Shown here in pieces: positions 57,707 through 64,000 of a stretch of DNA of 64,000 nt (position 1 is its first letter; each line of letters begins with the position of its first letter). This DNA is from Vampirovibrionaceae bacterium NZW_1234 (lineage in GTDB: Bacteria > Cyanobacteriota > Vampirovibrionia > Vampirovibrionales > JAGQHJ01), in assembly GCA_041697335.1 (NCBI GenBank), contig JBGUGD010000039.1:64001-128000 (forward strand), given 5' to 3'. Position numbers and translations under genes: made by a program. Under the pieces are notes generated by a model. It saw only the letters and a program-made list of their open reading frames with translations. It searched no databases and had not been told where the DNA came from.

Positions 57707-59176
57707 TCAAGAATTTAAATCCGCAGCTACCCGGCGAATCTCGACCATCAACGCTTCCAGATCCGCAAGCGAGGTAAACGGGTTCATCAGCACACAGCGC
57801 AAATACTGCCCGCGCGGCAAGCGGGTCTGAACAATATAAAATGACTCGTCGGCTAAAATACGCTGTCGAATTTGAAGCTGTAATGCATCCAAATCACCGG
57901 CAAACCCTTGTGGTATATAACGAAAACAAATGATGTTGCTTTCCGGCGCAATCGCAATCTCAAATTCAGGGTCAGCCTGAAGGATGTGAGCAAACTGACG
58001 GGTGCGATCATAGGTTTGGGTAATATACTCATCAAACAAAGCCGTCCCATAGACCTTCAACGCCACATAGAGCTTCAGGCTGAGCATCCGCTTGGTACAC
58101 TCCATGGTGCGATGCGCCAGGTTATACCATTCTTCCTGGGCTTGACGCTCAAATAAATAGCTGGCACGTTGAGAAAAAGCCTCGTAAGAATGCTGACCGT
58201 CCTTGAAAATAACAGCTGTTACCAATCCTGGCATCATCATCATTTTATGCGCATCCCATACGACAGAATCTGCCCGGTCAATACCAGCCAACAAACCTCG
58301 ATATTTTTCGGAAACCAGCGTTGAAGCCCCATGAGCCCCGTCCACATGAAGCCAGAGGTCATAAGTTTGGCAAAAATCGGCGATTTCTGATAATGGATCA
58401 AAGCTTCCTGTAGCCGTCGAGCACCCGTTGGCAACCACGGCAAGGACCTTTTTCCCCTTTTCTTGGGCTCGCCGATAAGCTGCGACAAGTGCTTCTGGCT
58501 GCATTTTAAATGACGCGTCCACGGCAACAGGCATGACGCCTTCGTGACCCCAGCCCATAATTTGAACCGCCCGCTTAACGGAATAGTGGGTCTGCTCGGC
58601 TGCAAGAACACAAAATGGGGAAGCATCACCGGGGCCTTCATCCCAAATATCAAATCCCGCTTTGACTTGGCGTGCGGCCAACAGAGCCGTCAAATTGCCA
58701 ATGGTACCACCCGAGGTCAAAACCCCATCAGCCTGGACACCATAGCCAATTAACCGACTCATCCATTCAATAACTCGGCGCTCCATCGCTGTGCTTGCGG
58801 GGCCCATTTCATAAATCGCCGTACCATTATTCAGCAAGGCCGCCACCATGTCGCACAGCGCAGCCACAGGCAACGGTGCAGAAACTTGGTGCCCGATGTA
58901 GCGTGGGTGATGCAAGTGATTGGACTGAGCCAAAACCAAACGCATCAATTCCTCGAAAGAAGCTGAAGGCCCCTTCTCAAACGATACAGGCCATTTGTCC
59001 AGCATAACCGACGGATGAATCGCAGGCAGCACCGGCATCGATACGTTTGGCTGAGTAACAGCATTTAAATAATCTGCCAACTCATCTACGAGTCGATGTG
59101 CCATGGACCGAAACTGCTCAGGATCATATGCCTGAGCAAGGGCAGTTGCCATGTCCGAAGCCGAGGAATGAACCAT
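57707..59176 (-). CDS. Group II PLP-dependent decarboxylase (DAB/aromatic amino acid/Glu family)
   Basis: HHPRYIGHQ, TSGGTIGN, HYS, WLHVDGAHG, ADSVVWDAHK (PLP Lys). Confidence 0.93.
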   Translation of the reverse strand: MVHSSASDMATALAQAYDPEQFRSMAHRLVDELADYLNAVTQPNVSMPVLPAIHPSVMLDKWPVSFEKGPSASFEELMRLVLAQSNHLHHPRYIGHQVSAPLPVAALCDMVAALLNNGTAIYEMGPASTAMERRVIEWMSRLIGYGVQADGVLTSGGTIGNLTALLAARQVKAGFDIWDEGPGDASPFCVLAAEQTHYSVKRAVQIMGWGHEGVMPVAVDASFKMQPEALVAAYRRAQEKGKKVLAVVANGCSTATGSFDPLSEIADFCQTYDLWLHVDGAHGASTLVSEKYRGLLAGIDRADSVVWDAHKMMMMPGLVTAVIFKDGQHSYEAFSQRASYLFERQAQEEWYNLAHRTMECTKRMLSLKLYVALKVYGTALFDEYITQTYDRTRQFAHILQADPEFEIAIAPESNIICFRYIPQGFAGDLDALQLQIRQRILADESFYIVQTRLPRGQYLRCVLMNPFTSLADLEALMVEIRRVAADLNS

Positions 59177-59444
59177 ATACCGACCTTTCACTAAGAGCCC
59201 GATTGCAATAGATTAAGAAGCAGCAAGAGACCGCAGAATCCAGTTAGCACAGTAACGTAAAGGGGTATGATTCTCAAGACCTGAAGAAAAACGGTCTCTC
59301 GATAGACCCTTTAAGTTTGTGTCCAGCAGAGCTAGCCAATTCTCGGAAGCTGAAGACTGCCCATGTTGGCAATAACAATCCCGCTGGAAATCCACATAAT
59401 AAATAGTGTGATTCAACTCTTCTACTTCCACTCTTAGGACTTAC

Positions 59445-59478
59445 ACGCCTTAGCAAAAAAGCTAAGGCGTTTTATTTT
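59445..59478 (+). terminator. Orphan intrinsic terminator
   Basis: ACGCCTTAGC / GCTAAGGCGT followed by TTTATTTT. Confidence 0.65.
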
Positions 59479-59602
59479 ATATGTAATACTTTCCCCATGC
59501 CCTTCCCGGTATGATTGGAAATTCATGGGCAGCCCCTTCGATACCCTTTTTTAACTTAAAATGCTGTCCTCACCTCGTAAGACACATGGGACGTTTGATG
59601 GG

Positions 59603-60196
59603 ATGACTGATTTACTTGTGCCCCCCCTCTACATCCCCAGCCCTCCGGGCATCCACTATGTCGGCCCTAATGTGCCGGCTTCACCAACCATGTCTTACCC
59701 AACCCCGTACACCCAATCTTACTACTCGTATCACCCAACAGTGGTCACAAATATTCAGTCTCCTGGAGTGTATGGATACCCGCCCCCAGCATACTATACC
59801 CCAATTCAACAACCTTCTTGGCAGCAAACCCGCCCTATGATGGCACAACCGAATGCCCCAATGCCGATGACTGATCAAATGAGCAATCATCCCTTTCCTC
59901 AGCCACCTCCCCCTACTCCGGAAAACAAATCCCAGGAGGCGGATCCAACTTCATTGGAAGCCCTTACACAAAATCCCTTTCGCTATGGCCTCCATGCCTT
60001 TGCAAAAGGCATTAATATGGCCTTTTTCCCCGCATTATTTGCAGGCTTACTCACCTTCCAGTCCAAGAGCGCCCTTGGTTATTCCAAGGCGTTTGGTTAT
60101 GCAGGCGCTTTAACAGGACTCATTACCTTGATGGGAGGAGCCTTTAATACGCTATGGACCTTCAAAAACTCCATCAAGAAGAAACTTCAGCTATAA
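59603..60196 (+). CDS. Pro/Tyr-rich protein with two C-terminal TM segments
   Basis: ORF with low-complexity N-half and hydrophobic C-end; start uncertain (59561 or 59603). Confidence 0.7.
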   Translation: MTDLLVPPLYIPSPPGIHYVGPNVPASPTMSYPTPYTQSYYSYHPTVVTNIQSPGVYGYPPPAYYTPIQQPSWQQTRPMMAQPNAPMPMTDQMSNHPFPQPPPPTPENKSQEADPTSLEALTQNPFRYGLHAFAKGINMAFFPALFAGLLTFQSKSALGYSKAFGYAGALTGLITLMGGAFNTLWTFKNSIKKKLQL

Positions 60197-60361
60197 ACTC
60201 ACAACCCAAACAGATCTGAATTATAAAAAAATGTAACAAATTCATCAGGGTAATGCCCGGTAAACGCATTTTCACATGAATGATTGTTTTTATTATGTTG
60301 AGAGAAGCGAAACCTCCCATACACATATAACCTACGAGAAGAAAAGAGAGAACTTAAGATG

Positions 60362-60389
60362 CCGGCAAGAAATTGCCGGTTTTTCTTTT
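60362..60389 (+). terminator. Intrinsic terminator
   Basis: CCGGCAA-gaaa-TTGCCGG followed by TTTTTCTTTT. Confidence 0.75.
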
Positions 60390-60472
60390 GGTGATGATTT
60401 AAGCGGATTTAACGTTGCATCATAAACCTATGCAAACAAAGCCCCGCTTGATTCAAGGAGAGTTAAATTGCC

Positions 60473-61867
60473 TTAAGTCGGTTGTAGGGATTTTCCGGTC
60501 AACTCAGCCTTGAGGTTTTCAAAGCCAGGGCGACCCATCAAGGCGTAGGTGTATTGTTTTGCCAGTTCAACACCAGGCTGATCAAAAGGATCGATGTTGA
60601 GGAGACGTCCCATTAGAGCGGTCTGGACCTCCAGGAAATAAAGCAATTGCCCAAAGTGATAGGCATCCAGTCGGTCTAATGTCAACGTCACGTTGGGACG
60701 CTGGTTTTTGGTGAGACTCGCTCGAGTGGCATCGGCTTCGGCTTGCAGAAGCTCTTCGAAGGTATGATCCCCGAGATAGCTTAGGTCAGGCACGTCAGGA
60801 TAGAGATTCGGAATTGTCAGCTTATTTTCAAAGGACTTTAGGCGCACAAAGGTGAAAATCTTGTCAAAAGGCCCTTCGTTAAACAGTTGCACTTGTGAAT
60901 GTTGATCGGTTACACCAACGGCTTTCAACGGGGTCGGACCTTCATGAACCAGATTATTGTCTAAATCAGTCTTTTTCCCTAACGATTCGGCCCAAAGCTG
61001 GACATACCAATCGGCTACATAGAACAGTTTTGCTGTATAAGGCATCAAAACCGAAATACGTTTACCCTGCTGGTACATTAAATATTGAATCAGAGCGGCT
61101 TGGGCAGCAGGATTTTCCTCAACAGCAGTTGCTTGCAGGTTGGGCATCAAATCCCGAATCCCTTTTAAGAGATCGGCAATCGGAATACCCAAGAGCGCCG
61201 CTGGCAACAAACCAACGGCAGAAAAAACAGAATAACGCCCACCCACATCTTCCGGAACTTCAAAAGCCACCAGACCCTCCTGGTCGACAATCTTGCGCAA
61301 AACGCCTTTTTTAGGGTCCGTGGTCATAACCAAATGCTTCGAAAGGTTTTCCGGCCCAACAGCCTGACTTAAAGCCGCTTTAAGCCATAAATAGCCCGCC
61401 ATGGTTTCAGCCGTAGTGCCGCTCTTGGTAATGACATTGACGAGGGTCCGCTTCAAGTCCAAGATTTCAAACAAGCCCTGCAGCTTATCCGGATCCACAT
61501 TGTCTACAAAGTAATAGCGAGGAAAGCCATTGCGCTGTGCGGCACTCCGCTCATTCCAGTAAGAAGGCAACAAGGCCTCAAACATGGCCATGCCACCTAA
61601 GGAGGACCCACCAATACCGATGACGACTAACTGGTCAAACTGACCTTTAACAGAATTGGCATAGGACATAATGTTGTCAACCATGCCTGTGTTCTGAGCC
61701 AGATTCGCCCAACGCCGCCACCCGCCGGCCTGCTCCGGGTTATCCCAAAGCCACTGAACGGAAGAAGCCACTTTTGAGGCATACTCCTTGAAGGATAGAG
61801 ACAGATCCAGACCTTGAGCGGCCCCTACCGCAGATTGCTGAACGTTGGTCGTATCCAAATGAAGCAT
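60473..61867 (-). CDS. pgi: Glucose-6-phosphate isomerase
   Basis: GIGGSSLG, TKSGTTAET, VGGRYSV, QLWAESLGK, DQHSQVQ, PFDQPGVELAK. Confidence 0.97.
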   Translation of the reverse strand: MLHLDTTNVQQSAVGAAQGLDLSLSFKEYASKVASSVQWLWDNPEQAGGWRRWANLAQNTGMVDNIMSYANSVKGQFDQLVVIGIGGSSLGGMAMFEALLPSYWNERSAAQRNGFPRYYFVDNVDPDKLQGLFEILDLKRTLVNVITKSGTTAETMAGYLWLKAALSQAVGPENLSKHLVMTTDPKKGVLRKIVDQEGLVAFEVPEDVGGRYSVFSAVGLLPAALLGIPIADLLKGIRDLMPNLQATAVEENPAAQAALIQYLMYQQGKRISVLMPYTAKLFYVADWYVQLWAESLGKKTDLDNNLVHEGPTPLKAVGVTDQHSQVQLFNEGPFDKIFTFVRLKSFENKLTIPNLYPDVPDLSYLGDHTFEELLQAEADATRASLTKNQRPNVTLTLDRLDAYHFGQLLYFLEVQTALMGRLLNIDPFDQPGVELAKQYTYALMGRPGFENLKAELTGKSLQPT

Positions 61868-61983
61868 GTTTAAGGTCCCTTCCGTCGCTTTCTATTACCC
61901 AATGCCATGGAGAATTGATTTTATTTCTTACTCAGGTGTCAAACAGGTGTCAAGTCGCCATCCTGATGACATTAAATGCAGGG

Positions 61984-62067
61984 TTAATAATAGCCAAAGG
62001 CCATGAGAATAACAAGAAGGACCATGAAGTTGATGCCAGCTGAAAGTGTCAGCTTTACACCATTCAC
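61984..62067 (-). CDS. 27-aa single-TM small protein candidate
   Basis: AGGGGG RBS, GTG start; MNGVKLTLSAGINFMVLLVILMAFGYY. Confidence 0.45.
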   Translation of the reverse strand: MNGVKLTLSAGINFMVLLVILMAFGYY

Positions 62068-62235
62068 TGCTTACCCCCCTGGACTTTTAAGACAACATGG
62101 CAAAAAACCTTGCCACACAATTGCCATATTAAAAACGCATTCAGAAAGCTTTATAAACTCTTTATTTTGCCTGCTCACAACCAAAAACCCAAAGAACCAA
62201 GCCAATTCTTCACATCCCCGATTTTTAAAAAGGGG

Positions 62236-62264
62236 TTGACTTTCATCCCCTTAGTGTCTATACT
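62236..62264 (+). promoter_or_regulatory. Sigma70-type promoter
   Basis: TTGACT-17 bp-TATACT. Confidence 0.7.
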
Positions 62265-62317
62265 ACACCCAGAAAGTGTAAACACTACACATTCTTTGCA
62301 GGAAAGTAGGTGCCTTG

Positions 62318-62596
62318 ATGTTGCCCTTAACCTCAATCTCCTCCCCTCGCTTTACCTCTGGACAATTTTTCCCCCGAGCCGTTCGGGAAGAACAAGGAAC
62401 AATCCAGGGGCTACTTCGTAAAATCGGGCAACATGTTCTACCCAGCACCTTAAAGGACGACTATTCGCAGGATGTGCTTGATATCTATCCGACAAAAGCA
62501 CCCAAGGTGTTTGTTGATGAGGATGCCTGCACCCGGTATAAAGTCCAATCCACACCCTTCTACCCCTCGTCCTCCGGATTGTACTGGGTAGGGTAG
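62318..62596 (+). CDS. 92-aa hypothetical protein
   Basis: Promoter, AGGTG RBS and downstream terminator frame the ORF. Confidence 0.65.
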   Translation: MLPLTSISSPRFTSGQFFPRAVREEQGTIQGLLRKIGQHVLPSTLKDDYSQDVLDIYPTKAPKVFVDEDACTRYKVQSTPFYPSSSGLYWVG

Positions 62597-62705
62597 TCCC
62601 CCAAATTCGAGGTTTTCCTGTATTTTTACTCCTACAACTTAACAATAAACGTATATACCCCCCTTATTTCCCCCTCGACAGATCTTCATGATGAAGAAAT
62701 GTCCT

Positions 62706-62729
62706 AATCCCCGAAAGGGGATTTTTTTT
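62706..62729 (+). terminator. Intrinsic terminator
   Basis: AATCCCC-gaaa-GGGGATT followed by T run. Confidence 0.8.
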
Positions 62730-62770
62730 ATGCCATCTCAAGGGTACAATAAAGGCGACGGAGTTCGCTT

Positions 62771-64000
62771 GTGGATATTCAGTACGATCGATATAGTTTT
62801 ACGATAGAGGGTCGGCGGCAGTTCATTCGAAGTGGCGCTATGCATTATTTTCGTCTGCCTCATCAACGGTTGTGGCAGGATCGTCTCCAAAAGCTCAAAT
62901 ATGCGGGCTATAACACGGTTGACCTCTATTTCAACTGGGATTACCATAGCAAAGCTCCAGGCGTGTACGATTTCACGGGCATTCGTGATGTAGATCACCT
63001 CCTGGATATGGTAGAAGCTCAGGGCCTATATCTCATTGCACGACCGGGGCCTTATATCAACGCAGAAACTGCTCGAGGCGGCCTACCGGCGTGGCTGCTA
63101 AGCGATCCCGAGGTCATATTACGTAACCGCAAAGAAGGTGCCTTCACTTACTCAGAAAGGTACATGAGCTATGTCCGGCAATGGCTGGATCAAATCCTGC
63201 CGAAGTTTAAAGACCGACCGAACCTGCTGATGGTCCAGGTTGAAAACGAATACAGCACCATTGATATGGAACCGGACTACATGCAGGAGCTGATTGATAT
63301 TTACCGTAGCTACGGCATTCAGGTTCCAACGATGCATAACGATTTCTACGCAGCAGGCCTGTATGCTGATTTAGTCGATATCTATGCCATCGACAACTAT
63401 TCGGTAACCGCCTTTGACATGAATTGGCGAACATTCCCGGATTTGTTTTCGGTTTTAGATCACCTGGAGACAAACATCCGGGACGAGTTTTGCCCCGACC
63501 GCCCGTTAATGATTGCAGAACTCCAGGCCGGCTGGTTTGCTGGCTGGAAAAGTGTCTGCTACGACACCATTCATCAAAGCCTGGGACGTGAACATATCGG
63601 GTTAGTGACCCGCAGCTTTATCGGGCAAGGCGGTACTGCCTTTAACCACTATAAAGCGGTGGGGGGAACGAACTGGGATCACATTGGGGCTACCGATGCC
63701 TACACCTCCTATGATTTTGCTGCCCCCATCAGTGAAGCTGGAGTCCCAACAGAGCGCCTTTTTGAGGCAAAACGCATCAACTTGTTCTTAACCCACTTTG
63801 ATATGACACAAACAGAGCGTGTCGAAAGCAGTGAGATCGGCATCCAGCATAATGAAGGGACGTATGTCGTCCGAAAAGACCTTACAAAAGCTGGCACCTA
63901 TTGGATCATCACTCGAAATATTACGAGCAGTCCTAAGCGAGTAGAGATTAAACCCGGTATTTCTACAGAAGTCCAGCCTTACCGGTCGATGATTTTACCC
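62771..64000 (+). CDS. GH35 beta-galactosidase (runs off the window end; absent from the ORF track)
   Basis: GGAG then GTG; hand translation DIQYDRYSFTIEG..SGAMHYFRLP, YFNWDYH, RPGPYINAE..GGLPAWL, QVENEY, ELQAGWF, GGTNW, SYDFAAPI. Confidence 0.93.
   Translation, partial: MDIQYDRYSFTIEGRRQFIRSGAMHYFRLPHQRLWQDRLQKLKYAGYNTVDLYFNWDYHSKAPGVYDFTGIRDVDHLLDMVEAQGLYLIARPGPYINAETARGGLPAWLLSDPEVILRNRKEGAFTYSERYMSYVRQWLDQILPKFKDRPNLLMVQVENEYSTIDMEPDYMQELIDIYRSYGIQVPTMHNDFYAAGLYADLVDIYAIDNYSVTAFDMNWRTFPDLFSVLDHLETNIRDEFCPDRPLMIAELQAGWFAGWKSVCYDTIHQSLGREHIGLVTRSFIGQGGTAFNHYKAVGGTNWDHIGATDAYTSYDFAAPISEAGVPTERLFEAKRINLFLTHFDMTQTERVESSEIGIQHNEGTYVVRKDLTKAGTYWIITRNITSSPKRVEIKPGISTEVQPYRSMILP

Noticed and set aside
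57707..59176. Siderophore or amine biosynthetic cluster
   Set aside because: No adjacent monooxygenase, acyltransferase, NIS synthetase or aminotransferase
59200..59440. Known riboswitch upstream of the decarboxylase
   Set aside because: No recognisable SAM, TPP, cobalamin, lysine or c-di-GMP consensus by eye
62738..63897. Short minus-strand ORFs at the window end
   Set aside because: Antisense to the GH35 gene that the track missed because it has no stop in the window
1..64000. rRNA, tRNA, IS, integrase or prophage
   Set aside because: No such signatures seen by eye; a covariance-model scan was not possible

Overview
A gene-dense bacterial chromosome segment. I found no rRNA, tRNA, CRISPR array or mobile element. 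The host is probably a non-photosynthetic cyanobacterial relative (Vampirovibrionia/Melainabacteria-like). This is inferred from a cyanobacterial-type long NusB next to ftsY, a cyanobacterial-like FtsZ and LptD, and flagellar export genes. Core genes: nusB-ftsY-ffh, DUF881-DUF1290-ftsZ-mtnA, lptA-lptB-lptF/G-dnaJ-fliPQR-flhBA, lptD, pcm, TonB-like, asparaginase II, pfkB, cinA, a PLP decarboxylase, pgi and a GH35 beta-galactosidase cut by the window end. Best candidate for a new system: a RiPP operon at 5446-7944. It encodes a Sec-exported 12-Cys precursor with KCG and six 10-aa EKKCAA-type repeats, a DUF692/MNIO enzyme and a DUF2063 partner, behind a palindromic G/C-tract operator. Other highlights: a CDF-CBS-CorC fusion, HDOD-CheD(Cys-less)-HDOD, two half-TolC-like paralogs, and several apparent pseudo-enzymes. 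There is also a set of signal-peptide-less orphan proteins sharing an N-terminal xF(A)G motif (possible flagellar-T3SS substrates), four small ORFs missed by the ORF track, and orphan terminators with C/A- or C/U-rich tracts (candidate sRNAs). All family calls come from motif recognition by eye; no searches were run.
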